A DNA stretch of 64,000 bases from Rhodospirillaceae bacterium (GTDB lineage Bacteria > Pseudomonadota > Alphaproteobacteria > UBA7887): assembly GCA_002728255.1 (NCBI GenBank), contig PBWV01000044.1:17927-81926 (forward strand). The letters run 5' to 3'. Position numbers and translations under genes: made by a program. Of the stretch, positions 39,959-49,643 are shown one piece after another (within the stretch, counting starts at the first letter, position 1; each line of letters starts with the position of its first letter). The notes under the pieces were generated by a model. That model was not told where the DNA came from, ran no database searches, and saw nothing but the letters and a program-made list of their open reading frames with translations.

Positions 39959-41324
39959 TAGTTACCTCTCCGTTTCGAGCAATGCTCCAGGTTTGAATAG
40001 CATTACAATGATAAAGCTGGCCTTCCGCATACTGTGCAGACCATACATCTCTTCGAAGTTGCGTATTACCTGCCTCATCAGTAGCACGGCTTTGCAATAA
40101 TGTTGGCAAGCCATCCCACTTCCATGGAAGGCGAAAACGCGTCAGCGCCATTGATAAAGGCTCCCCATCCAGGGCCGCAACAGCCCAAGTTGCCCCTCCA
40201 TCCGCAGAAACTTCAACTTTTACTATTTTACCGCTTCCAGACCATGCTAAGCCGGATATCTCGTAAAACCCTGGACCATCCATTACTAGACCACCCGCTG
40301 GCCTAGTAATGGTAGACTTAACGCCCATCGTGTAAGTGAACTGACGAGCCACACCATCAGGCATTAAATCAGAATATTTAGATGTCTCATCCTTAGTGTA
40401 GGTGGGGCCGCTGGTCACCTTGATTCGCCTTAGCCATTTGACCGACATATTTCCCTCAAAACCAGGAAGCAACAACCTCATTGGATAGCCCTGTTCAGGC
40501 CTCAACATTTCTCCATTTTGGTAAATCGCTATTATGGCATCATCCATTGCCTTTCGCAGAGGAATGCTGCGGCTCATCCCAGCTGAATCTGCTCCCTCCG
40601 CCAATATCCATTTCCCCTCTGGAAGTAGTCCCGCCTCATCCAATAAAAGGTTTAAGGGAATGCCAGTCCACTCAGCACCCGACACGAGTCCGTGAATCAT
40701 ACCTACCGAAACTTGGGTGGCCTCGGGAAACAAATTACTGTTAAAGAAACTATTTCCCGCGCACTCTATAAAATAGTTTCTTGAAATCATTGGATAGCGA
40801 CTAAGGCTAGCCATCGAAAACTTGAGCGAACGCTGAACCAGCCCGTGAATAAGAAATTCGTGCTCATCTGGGTTAATCGTGGGGCGCCCATTATGGCTAC
40901 GCTCAAAATGTAACCCATTGGGGGTAATAGTACCTTCTAGTGACTGCAACGGTGTCATAGCCACCCCGGCACCTGGCGCAAGGTCTCCGTAGGGCTGCAA
41001 GATTTTTCGCTGGACAGAACTTTCAGCCCCTGCCGGCTTCCCATAGCCCCTGAAACTCGCGCCGGGGATCTTCATAGAATCCGGTAAAAAGGCTCCGATA
41101 GATTGGGCGCCCGATTGTGAATCAAATACGGGAGCCTCATAATTTATAGCCTCCTCCGTCGAAGTATCATCCGCCCTTCCCGCCTTCGCAAAAACAGCAA
41201 TTGATCCTGCTAACAACCCACCTTGCACAAATAAACGACGATCCAACAAGCCATTCTTAGCTGCCAAATCAGCCTCTAACTCAGTTCTCATCAGATCTTT
41301 GCCTGCCTTACCTTTACTCTTCAT
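39945..41324 (-). CDS. soxC: Sulfite oxidase-family molybdoenzyme, SoxC-like, Tat-exported
   Basis: DRRLF Tat motif, ITPNGLHFER, IECAGN (Mo-Cys), EQGYPMRL, VKWLRRI, GLAWSG. Confidence 0.88.
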   Translation of the reverse strand: MKSKGKAGKDLMRTELEADLAAKNGLLDRRLFVQGGLLAGSIAVFAKAGRADDTSTEEAINYEAPVFDSQSGAQSIGAFLPDSMKIPGASFRGYGKPAGAESSVQRKILQPYGDLAPGAGVAMTPLQSLEGTITPNGLHFERSHNGRPTINPDEHEFLIHGLVQRSLKFSMASLSRYPMISRNYFIECAGNSFFNSNLFPEATQVSVGMIHGLVSGAEWTGIPLNLLLDEAGLLPEGKWILAEGADSAGMSRSIPLRKAMDDAIIAIYQNGEMLRPEQGYPMRLLLPGFEGNMSVKWLRRIKVTSGPTYTKDETSKYSDLMPDGVARQFTYTMGVKSTITRPAGGLVMDGPGFYEISGLAWSGSGKIVKVEVSADGGATWAVAALDGEPLSMALTRFRLPWKWDGLPTLLQSRATDEAGNTQLRRDVWSAQYAEGQLYHCNAIQTWSIARNGEVTNVFI

Positions 41325-41381
41325 TCAGAGCCCCCTATGACTAATATATGCAATAACCCGTAATACACTCTTGTTCGACGC

Positions 41382-43472
41382 CTACGATACCACCAGCTTC
41401 TCCCGCCTTTCACGCCTCTGTATTAATGGTGGACAGACCATGTCATCGTAATAAGCAGTTTGGCACTTTAGACATTGATAACACTCGCTTATATTTATCT
41501 CTCCATCTAGCTGAATAGCCTGAACAGGACATAAGTCTCTACAAATATTGCAACTACTTCCACATTCAGGGCGCCGTTTTAACCATTCCAGCACCCGAAT
41601 CCTTCCGGCTATTGCCAACCCTGCTCCCAGCGGGCAGAGATACCTACAAAACGGCCTCTCGACAAATAAGCTAATGCCCAGGAGCAATAGGGCAAACAAG
41701 GTGTACGGCCAAGAGCGGATAAAGTGGGTCATTATGACCGTATTGAACGGCTCCACCTCTATGGCTTTCGACAGGTAAACCGGACTAAAAAATGTCAAAG
41801 ACACTAGGCCTATAAGTACAAAATATTTCAGTGCCCATAGTCGCCTATTTACCACAGAAGAAATATTCAACTGCTTGATACTTAACCAACGCGACAATTG
41901 ACTCACGACATCTTGCAGAGCACCAAAAGGGCACAACCAACCACAAAAAACACCTCTGCCAAGGAGCAACGTAACTATCAGAGTAAAGCCCATAATTATC
42001 ACAATTAGCGGGTCAAGGAGCAGAGATTCTAGGGACCACTGCAGTTTCGGAGCTCGCATTAATGATAGAAGATGCATTACCGACAACTGAGCCCCTGTAT
42101 ACCACCCCACCCAAATTAGAGTGAAAACCATGAACCCATTTTTAATAATTCTTAACGTTTTTGGTGTTCGTACTATTGTCCCCTGGAGCACCAGAATTGT
42201 GCATAGAATTAAGAAAGCGAGGAACATAATTGCAAGTGCAGAACTCGCCTCAAGCCAAACACTTACCCAAAGAGGCGTTACTTTTTCTCTCTTTCTTTGT
42301 TCCACAGCAACCTGATGTGGAATAGGTTCTATTACTATTTCCTGTGGCGGAGAATAAGGTAGGCTCCACGTATTACCATAACTCTCATCACCAATAGACT
42401 TTATTTGAATTGCCCAAGGGCGCGTCGGATCAAACTTTTCCTGGGATCCAATGGTCAACAACCAAGCACGCGATAAACCCAGGAATGGAACGTTTTCGAC
42501 TTCCCTCGTAGGCACCCCATTTAGGCTCTTAACCCAACCATTTTGCCTGAGACTAAGCTCAAATAACGCCTGAGTATCATCCTTAAGCGAGAGAGCTACC
42601 TCCTCGGGAAACAACGAGCCGCCTGCCCCAAGCCAAATTAGAGCTCCACTAGATTCGGGTTCTTCTATATCCAACCCTAAACTGAGATCATTTGCCAGAA
42701 GATTTTCCCTGATTAGCCTCGGTGAGGCGAGGGCAAGAAAAATTTGTTCTTTTGCAGTTGCAAATAATCCATTCACGCCATCAGAACCAACGTCCAGAGC
42801 GGTTGAAGAAAAAACAAAAGAGTCATCCAGAATCGCACTTCGTACCGCACCAATTGATAAAAGATCTTTCCAACTCAATTCCCTCTGACTGTGTAAATCA
42901 AGGCGACGACCTTCCCTTTCACCAGGACCATATAACTCCCTAGATACAGCCACAGCTCTCCCCGCCTCATAAACTGCCTCCAACATAATCAAGCTACTTC
43001 TCTTCGCTCCTTCAGCGTATACGGCAAGGTCTATGGGATTCGAATCTAAAACATCAAGCCCAGATAAAGCACTAACCATTTCCTCTAATGGAAGTCGTGA
43101 AGCTACACTGCCCACTAAAGGCTCTTGATGAGCAATGAGCGCCGCTCCAGTTATAATACCATTCATATCGACAGCGGAGATAATTTCGAAGGACTCACCG
43201 GCATAGCCTTCTGTCCCTAGCAAATCCCCAACAGAAAACGCGTACCCAACTATGGACAGGAAACCACTATTATTGACTTCCCCATAAACAGGCGCCGCAA
43301 CAATTCGACCAGACGGCCGGCCGGCAGTCTCGGCACCGGGGAATATACTCTGTAACAAGCTAATAGGAATACTCTCTATAAAATGCTTTGGCCCCATGTC
43401 TGCCCTCAAACGATTACCACAATCCACTAACGCAATGAGTATGGAAATCAGGAGAATCTTAACCATATTCAT
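41382..43472 (-). CDS. NosR/NirI family membrane 4Fe-4S electron-transfer protein
   Basis: N-terminal FMN-bind-like domain (GYAG...HQEP), TM region, FCGWLCPFG, FCRYLCPLG, two ferredoxin Cys clusters. Confidence 0.85.
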   Translation of the reverse strand: MNMVKILLISILIALVDCGNRLRADMGPKHFIESIPISLLQSIFPGAETAGRPSGRIVAAPVYGEVNNSGFLSIVGYAFSVGDLLGTEGYAGESFEIISAVDMNGIITGAALIAHQEPLVGSVASRLPLEEMVSALSGLDVLDSNPIDLAVYAEGAKRSSLIMLEAVYEAGRAVAVSRELYGPGEREGRRLDLHSQRELSWKDLLSIGAVRSAILDDSFVFSSTALDVGSDGVNGLFATAKEQIFLALASPRLIRENLLANDLSLGLDIEEPESSGALIWLGAGGSLFPEEVALSLKDDTQALFELSLRQNGWVKSLNGVPTREVENVPFLGLSRAWLLTIGSQEKFDPTRPWAIQIKSIGDESYGNTWSLPYSPPQEIVIEPIPHQVAVEQRKREKVTPLWVSVWLEASSALAIMFLAFLILCTILVLQGTIVRTPKTLRIIKNGFMVFTLIWVGWYTGAQLSVMHLLSLMRAPKLQWSLESLLLDPLIVIIMGFTLIVTLLLGRGVFCGWLCPFGALQDVVSQLSRWLSIKQLNISSVVNRRLWALKYFVLIGLVSLTFFSPVYLSKAIEVEPFNTVIMTHFIRSWPYTLFALLLLGISLFVERPFCRYLCPLGAGLAIAGRIRVLEWLKRRPECGSSCNICRDLCPVQAIQLDGEINISECYQCLKCQTAYYDDMVCPPLIQRRERREKLVVS

Positions 43473-43512
43473 ATTGGGGACCTACCTGAAGTGCTTATAC
43501 AGTTTTGTAATT

Positions 43513-44556
43513 TTAAGGTATTATCTTGGCGGCACGGTATTGTTGAAAATAGTCTAACAACATAGCGCGTGTATCAACAACCTCAACGAATCCCGCTGCT
43601 GTCAATTTTGTGGTACTCGTTAACAAATCCCAATCCTGACCAAAAATAAAGTCCCCGAAAGACCACTGCGCCAATGTGTCAATACTGTTCGGCTTCAAGT
43701 TCTGGCTTTCCACAATATTTTTCCATATCAGTGCTTTATCATTCATCACTTTTGTTAGTGTTAAGCCTCTTGGAATACCCAACGGCAACTGAAAAAAATT
43801 AGCAATTTCTGGCCACAAATTAGCCCATCGAAAACAGTCCCCATTAGTTACATTAAACGCTTGGTTAGCACATTGGCCGTTTGTAGCTATCCAGATAATA
43901 GCTTTAGCTAAATGGGATGCGGAAACAGCCTCCGCAATAACATTATAGTTCTTATCAGAGCCAGGAAACTCTAGAGGGATACCCAATGCACGGCTTAGTT
44001 CTGCATAAACCGCAATCAAAGATACCGGGTTTCTAGACTGCTGAGGCGCAAAATCATAGACAAGACAAGGCCGTGATACTGACCATCGCCACTCTCCACT
44101 TCTGGATGCCAAGTAATCTTGCTGGTCATAATAAAAATTTGGCCCCATATGTCGTGGGTCTTCCTCCCGGGCTGGCGTTCTGTAAGGTCCCAGATGGCAT
44201 CCGTAATATTTAGCTCCATGAACAGCATGAATATGCTCAAGGGTCGGGCAAGATTTTTCAACTAGCCCCACAAGATTCTTGAGCATAGTAAGATTTTCTT
44301 CCACGGGTTCCACCATTCCTTCCCCGTGGTTAGCCCGTGCTGCGTAAAAGACATGAGTTATATCAGAGAGCCTAGACAAGACTAGTTTGCTAGATTCATA
44401 ATCTAACAAATCTGTCTCTATATAATGGACGTTCCGAGAAACTCTCGTTGCTCTTCGGCAGAGGCCAGTCACCTTAAAATCAGCCTGCCCAAGTTGTTCG
44501 ACTAGACGAAACCCCACCGTCCCCGTCGCCCCAGCCACTAATGCATGCCTCCTCAC
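43513..44556 (-). CDS. PRISE-type (progesterone 5-beta-reductase/iridoid synthase-like) atypical SDR
   Basis: GATGTVG, GAKYYG, NFYYDQ, WSVSRP, NQAFNVTNGD.FRW; GTG start overlapping the upstream stop. Confidence 0.85.
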   Translation of the reverse strand: MRRHALVAGATGTVGFRLVEQLGQADFKVTGLCRRATRVSRNVHYIETDLLDYESSKLVLSRLSDITHVFYAARANHGEGMVEPVEENLTMLKNLVGLVEKSCPTLEHIHAVHGAKYYGCHLGPYRTPAREEDPRHMGPNFYYDQQDYLASRSGEWRWSVSRPCLVYDFAPQQSRNPVSLIAVYAELSRALGIPLEFPGSDKNYNVIAEAVSASHLAKAIIWIATNGQCANQAFNVTNGDCFRWANLWPEIANFFQLPLGIPRGLTLTKVMNDKALIWKNIVESQNLKPNSIDTLAQWSFGDFIFGQDWDLLTSTTKLTAAGFVEVVDTRAMLLDYFQQYRAAKIIP

Positions 44557-45386
44557 AATACTCTGCCTTTCCATCCAAGATTGGCAAGCTTCTTCCAACT
44601 CTCAACAAGATCATGGTCCGGATTTGTTGATATGATCTCCATAACAGACAACCCCTCAAAAGAAATCTTCCCAAGAGCCTCGTGAACGGAAGCAAAATCT
44701 ACCTCGCCGGCTCCAACAGGGTCATGACGCCATTCGTGGCGGCCCGTATCAGATAGATGAATGAGGTCTACCGCACCCTCCAATTGCAGTAATTCTTTTG
44801 CTGGATTTTGTCCTGCATAATACCCATTAGCAACGTCATAAACTATTCCTACGTTTGGATGATTAATCTGACCTACTATATTTAACAGGTCCTTAGCTAA
44901 CGGCACCGTCGTAATAGGCACATTTTCAATCAGCACCTTTGTCCCAGATTTCTTTGCGTGCTCTGCAAGAATCAAAACCCCCTCGAGAAGCCATTCTAGC
45001 ATTAGTTTTTTTGGAGCAGGAAAGAGGGGGGACACCTTGCCTGGCACTAACACCACATATGGAACCGACCACAAACCTGCCAACTCAATCAACTCCTTAA
45101 AGCGCTGCTGCGTAAAATTCCTAGTGTCTGGGTTAGGGCTGGTGATATTATGGTCCATGATGGGCAAATTAAATGAGGTGACTCTTAGTTTCTCATCAGA
45201 GATTATGGCCGGCCTCCTATCACGCGACTCCCTGGGAATCTCTGATACCCAAATATGCGGAGAATTAAAAAGAAACTCAAAATTCTCAAATCCAATTTTT
45301 CTTAAATGTCTAGCGGCCTCAAATGCATGGTGACTATAAATATACGAATATGTATTTACAGAGATTGTTAGCGAAGGAGAACTCAT
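44553..45386 (-). CDS. Sugar phosphate isomerase/epimerase (xylose isomerase-like TIM barrel)
   Basis: IENVP, YDVAN, IHLSD, HDPVG.G.VDF, MEI. Confidence 0.87.
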   Translation of the reverse strand: MSSPSLTISVNTYSYIYSHHAFEAARHLRKIGFENFEFLFNSPHIWVSEIPRESRDRRPAIISDEKLRVTSFNLPIMDHNITSPNPDTRNFTQQRFKELIELAGLWSVPYVVLVPGKVSPLFPAPKKLMLEWLLEGVLILAEHAKKSGTKVLIENVPITTVPLAKDLLNIVGQINHPNVGIVYDVANGYYAGQNPAKELLQLEGAVDLIHLSDTGRHEWRHDPVGAGEVDFASVHEALGKISFEGLSVMEIISTNPDHDLVESWKKLANLGWKGRVL

Positions 45387-45454
45387 TGTTTACTATTTTC
45401 TATGCATAACTGGTTGAAAATCATAAAATCAGTTGGCTTTCTAAAAGCTAACCA

Positions 45455-45479
45455 CTACTACATATAGCATATGTAATAG
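45455..45479. promoter_or_regulatory. Palindromic operator candidate in a divergent promoter region
   Basis: CTA-c-TACATAT-agc-ATATGTA-a-TAG inverted repeat. Confidence 0.35.
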
Positions 45480-45524
45480 ATTGCTACTCAATACTATCCC
45501 TCTATTTGTACCCAGGAAAATGAT

Positions 45525-46715
45525 ATGTCCCCCAAATCAGCTAGCTTACTATCCGGAATCCGGGTGCTTGATTTTACGGCCTTTGTTGCTGGACCCTATT
45601 GCACAAGGCTCATGGCTGACCTAGGGGCAGATGTCGTAAAGGTGGAGCCTCCCCATGGCGACCTGCTCCGCCAAGTTGCACCCGTGCGGAACGGACATAG
45701 TACCTACTTTGGACAGTTAAATAGTGGGAAACGAAGCCTTTCTATAAATATTAAAAAGCCTACTGGAATCGCTGCAGTAATTCAGCTGGCTAATAAAGCC
45801 GATGTGATTGTCGAAAACTTTAAACCCGGAATAGTAAAGAAATTTGGGCTCGATTATGAAAAGCTCGCCACAAAGAAACCCAGCCTAGTATATTGCTCCA
45901 TATCAGGTTATGGACAAACGGGACCTGGGGCCCAAAGACCGGCTTTTGCACCCATTGTGCATGCATCCAGCGGGTTCGATATGGCCCAGGCCGAATACCA
46001 AAATGGTATGACTACCCCTGCTAGAGGACGCCCCGTGGCTGCAGACGTATTAGCTGCCGTGCACTCATTAGCGGCTATTAATGCCGCGCTGTTCAGGCGC
46101 GAGCGAACAGGGGAAGGTGAGTATATCGATGTGGCCCTGATGGACTGCATCCACAGCATCCTTCCCTATGAATTTCAAAAGGCCTATTTCCCTGAATCTG
46201 CTGAAAAAGTGCCTGTCTACGCGCCCATTGAGACTCTAGATGGTTATATTCTTATTGCCCCCGTAACGAACAAGAATTTCACCGGTCTAGCGAAGGCTAT
46301 AAACAAAGAAGAATGGTTGACTGACCCTAAATTTTCCGACTCTAAACAAAGATATTCAAATCTAGAGATTATATACGATTCGGTTGGAGAATGGGCGAAC
46401 AAACGAACATCAGCCCAATGTGAAGAGACCCTCAACCTTAGCGGCTGTCCATTTGGAATATACAAGACTATTGGTGAAGCTCTAAAGGACCCTCAATACA
46501 TTACCCGTAACAGTATTGCTGAGGTAGAAGATGCTGCTGGAAAATTCAAAGTCCCAAATTCACCTCTCCATCTTACGGTCGCAAAAGCTTCTCTTGGCAC
46601 AAGAGTGCCATACCTCGGAGAACACAATAAGGACGTATTATCTGACTGGCTTGATTTTGAACAAGATACCATCCAGGATTTGCAAAATGACGGAACTCTC
46701 CAATCAGCACCCTAA
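45525..46715 (+). CDS. CaiB/BaiF family (class III) CoA-transferase
   Basis: LSGIRVLD...AGP...LGADVVKVE, NSGKRS, ENFKPG, SISGYGQTGP. Confidence 0.93.
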   Translation: MSPKSASLLSGIRVLDFTAFVAGPYCTRLMADLGADVVKVEPPHGDLLRQVAPVRNGHSTYFGQLNSGKRSLSINIKKPTGIAAVIQLANKADVIVENFKPGIVKKFGLDYEKLATKKPSLVYCSISGYGQTGPGAQRPAFAPIVHASSGFDMAQAEYQNGMTTPARGRPVAADVLAAVHSLAAINAALFRRERTGEGEYIDVALMDCIHSILPYEFQKAYFPESAEKVPVYAPIETLDGYILIAPVTNKNFTGLAKAINKEEWLTDPKFSDSKQRYSNLEIIYDSVGEWANKRTSAQCEETLNLSGCPFGIYKTIGEALKDPQYITRNSIAEVEDAAGKFKVPNSPLHLTVAKASLGTRVPYLGEHNKDVLSDWLDFEQDTIQDLQNDGTLQSAP

Positions 46716-47935
46716 TGAGGATGAGCCTCAGAGTAATCACCAGGCGGGAAAATTTCTTCCTCAGATTCAATGCAGTCTTCAGCCAACGCCATATTCATTC
46801 CTGGTTGGTCTGTCAGGGAAAAGACCCCACTCTGCGGAACAAGTTTATTCTTTAGGAAATGCTGGTTGATTTGGTTCCACTTCAGTAAAAACTCTTGGTA
46901 CGGAGTATGAATTGGGGACTGTGCAAACGAGAACGGAAGAGTGACATGCGTTGATCCACCGTGTGGGATTACCATTAGATCATGAACAGAGGCATATGCA
47001 GCTATCTTTAGTGTCTCAGACAACCCTCCACACCAATAAATATCCGGTTGAATTATATCCAAGGCCTCCGCATCAATAAAACGCTTAAACCCCCACCTGG
47101 TGTATTCATGCTCGGCTCCCGATAAGGGAATAGAAATTTTATCCTTTATTCTTCGGTAACTTGAAATTCGATCAGGCATAACACATTCCTCAAGCCAAAA
47201 CGGACGATACTCAGCAATACGTTCCGCTAATGATAAAATATAGGGAACATCCATACTTTGCCAACAATCGAGCATAATCGCATCATGATCCCCTAGAGTT
47301 TCTCTGAGGGTCTTCACTAAAGTCACATTTTTATCTAATCCTTCGGGGCCACTCATAGGGCCATGGCGGAAAAACCATTTTTGCGCTGTGTACCCCGCCT
47401 GTTGGGTCTCTTTCGCTCTTTGCCTCACCAAGCCTTGATCTTCAACGTCGTAGCCTAACATACTGGCATATGCCGGCACCTCCTTCCTAGTGGGCCCGCC
47501 TATGAGCTTATGAACGGGCGCTCCAAAAAACAGACCCTTAAGATCCCAGAGAGCACAGTCAACCACACTTACCGCCCACATCGCCTCACCTTGTCTGCCA
47601 TGGACAAGGCTTCGGTGCATCTGATCCCAGAGTAACTCGCTTGCCAAAGGATCCTTGCCCAATAACAGCTCCCTCAATTGGGTCGCAATGATGTAGGCCA
47701 CCGCATCAGAAGTCGGACCAAAAACCCCGTTCAATCCCTCATCCGTCCCAATCTCCAAAAATACATTCGACAAGCGAAATTTCCCTGCTGAATCCTGGGT
47801 GCCTCCCCAGAACGGCATCGCATTTCGGTATTCAGGGTAAATATCAATTGGTCGGGCCAAGCGCGATTCCCAAAATGTTCCATCCCAATCAAAAGATCCT
47901 CGCACCTTTCTTAAGGTTACTCTATCAATTTTCAT
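46712..47935 (-). CDS. Mandelate racemase/enolase superfamily protein (L-rhamnonate dehydratase-like)
   Basis: DCALWDL, YAS, MLDCW, WLEE, GAEHE, IQPD, IPHG. Confidence 0.88.
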   Translation of the reverse strand: MKIDRVTLRKVRGSFDWDGTFWESRLARPIDIYPEYRNAMPFWGGTQDSAGKFRLSNVFLEIGTDEGLNGVFGPTSDAVAYIIATQLRELLLGKDPLASELLWDQMHRSLVHGRQGEAMWAVSVVDCALWDLKGLFFGAPVHKLIGGPTRKEVPAYASMLGYDVEDQGLVRQRAKETQQAGYTAQKWFFRHGPMSGPEGLDKNVTLVKTLRETLGDHDAIMLDCWQSMDVPYILSLAERIAEYRPFWLEECVMPDRISSYRRIKDKISIPLSGAEHEYTRWGFKRFIDAEALDIIQPDIYWCGGLSETLKIAAYASVHDLMVIPHGGSTHVTLPFSFAQSPIHTPYQEFLLKWNQINQHFLKNKLVPQSGVFSLTDQPGMNMALAEDCIESEEEIFPPGDYSEAHPH

Positions 47936-47992
47936 CTCTCTATCCTCGATGTTCGCCGGAAAGCAAAAGACCCCTCATCAGAATTCTAACTT

Positions 47993-49360
47993 TCAGAGCA
48001 TAATTAATTTGGCAAGGCTAAGAAAAGCAAAAAATCCAACGACATCAGTAACTGTTGTCAAGAGGATACCAGCACTAATCGCCGGATCCAAACCAACTCT
48101 CCACATTCCTACTGGAATCACAATGCCTGAAACACCCGCTACTAGTAAGTTCACTATCATTGCCATCGCAATCACACTTGCCAATAATCCATCGGCGAAC
48201 CAGAAATACGATAATGCGCCAGCCAAAAGTGCAAAAAAACATCCATTGTATCCACCGACAATCGTTTCCTTCCAAAAAATCCTCCAGGCATTCGTTGCCG
48301 TAAGCTCTCTGGTCGCCAGGGCCCTTACCGCAACTGTAAGGGTTTGAGTGCCGGCATTTCCACCCATCGACGCGACTATTGGCATAAGTATAGCTAGGGC
48401 AACGATTTGCTGTATGGTATCAGCGAACATAGCTATGGTTATTGAAGCTATTACAGCTGTGAAGAGATTCACAATCAACCAACTTGATCGCCTTCGGGCA
48501 GTTTGCACCGGACTAAAAAACAAATCACCTTCCGCAATCACACCGCCGAGACGATGTAAATCTTCTTCATGTTCTTCCTCAATAACATCAACCACATCAT
48601 CTATAGTAATTTGCCCAATTAGGCGGCCTGTTGGATCCACTACCGCCGCCGACGTCAAATTATATTGCTCAAACTGGAAGGCTATCTCCTCTTGGTCCAT
48701 GTTAACCGGGAACAGCTTTTGCTGATTTTCCATTATATCAGCCACAGCAACTGGCCTTTTAGTGCGCATAGCCCGACTTAAAGGGACCGCACCAATCGGC
48801 CTATGGCTCGCATCTACTACAAACAGTTCATAAAAGTCTTCTGGAAGATCGTCGCTGTCTCTCAGCCAATCGATGACCTGACCCACATTCCAAAGATGAG
48901 GTACCGCTACATAGTCTCGCTGCATTAGCCGACCAGCACTACTCTCCGGGTAGGCCAACGCTTCCGCAACAAGCTGGCGATCCGAGGCAGGCAATGCATC
49001 TAAGACCCGTTGCTGCTCCTCTTCACCCAAGTCCTCGAGGACTTCCGCCGCATCATCAGTTTCTAGCTCAGCAACATGGCCAGCGAGAATCCCTGGGTCC
49101 AGGTGATCCAATACTTCATCCCGAACCTGCTCATCTAATTCAGCCAACATCTCTGGATTAAGATCCTGACCGAGAGCAGTCACGAACAGATCTCTAAGCT
49201 CAGATGGCAGAGCCTCAGTCAAGTCAGCAATATCGGCGGCATGAAGGTTGCTGGCCAGTGCAGTTGCCACCTCACCTTTTTCCTCACGAAGAGCGGCCTC
49301 CACATCACGAACCAAATCCAGTGAGACGACCTGTATACCCCCCGATTTTTGATCCACCAT
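47993..49360 (-). CDS. mgtE: Magnesium transporter MgtE
   Basis: N domain, CBS pair (SAGRLM), MGGNAGTQ, TTVTDVVG. Confidence 0.95.
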   Translation of the reverse strand: MVDQKSGGIQVVSLDLVRDVEAALREEKGEVATALASNLHAADIADLTEALPSELRDLFVTALGQDLNPEMLAELDEQVRDEVLDHLDPGILAGHVAELETDDAAEVLEDLGEEEQQRVLDALPASDRQLVAEALAYPESSAGRLMQRDYVAVPHLWNVGQVIDWLRDSDDLPEDFYELFVVDASHRPIGAVPLSRAMRTKRPVAVADIMENQQKLFPVNMDQEEIAFQFEQYNLTSAAVVDPTGRLIGQITIDDVVDVIEEEHEEDLHRLGGVIAEGDLFFSPVQTARRRSSWLIVNLFTAVIASITIAMFADTIQQIVALAILMPIVASMGGNAGTQTLTVAVRALATRELTATNAWRIFWKETIVGGYNGCFFALLAGALSYFWFADGLLASVIAMAMIVNLLVAGVSGIVIPVGMWRVGLDPAISAGILLTTVTDVVGFFAFLSLAKLIML

Positions 49361-49471
49361 AAATACACCATTCACTCGTCGGCTAGGCGCCCTCGCCCAC
49401 CACTAGAGACCCAGTTCAGAACGTCAGCCAGTTTCTGCTTAGTTTACGTCTACAACCAAAAATAGGAAGGC

Positions 49472-49558
49472 TGGTGCGGTCGAGAAGACTCGAACTTCCA
49501 CGGGATCTCTCCCACAGCGACCTCAACGCTGCGCGTCTACCAGTTCCGCCACGACCGC
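49472..49558 (-). tRNA. tRNA-Leu (GAG)
   Basis: GCGGTCGTGGCGGAACTGGTAGACGCGCAGCGTTGAGGTCGCTG...GTTCGAGTCTTCTCGACCGCACCA; long variable arm, CCA. Confidence 0.97.
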
Positions 49559-49643
49559 TTTCGCCTATTTCCTATGAGGCATGGCTGTACCGAGCCAGAT
49601 AGCAAATCTACTATAACTGCGCAACATATGATAAACTATTAGC

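Noticed and set aside
39404-41324. Reading soxCD as evidence for lithotrophic thiosulfate oxidation
   Set aside because: soxXA, soxYZ and soxB are absent from the window; SoxC-like/cytochrome pairs also occur in non-sulfur-oxidisers
42180-42194. CCCCTGGAGCACCA resembling the tRNA-Phe 3' end (possible second att site)
   Set aside because: Imperfect, wrong orientation, wrong side of the tRNA and inside a coding gene; likely chance
41382-43472. Reading the NosR-like gene as evidence for denitrification
   Set aside because: No nosZDFYL or nir genes in the window
49376-49471. Possible Mg-sensing (M-box) leader for mgtE
   Set aside because: Too short (under 100 bp after the tRNA) and no matching structure seen
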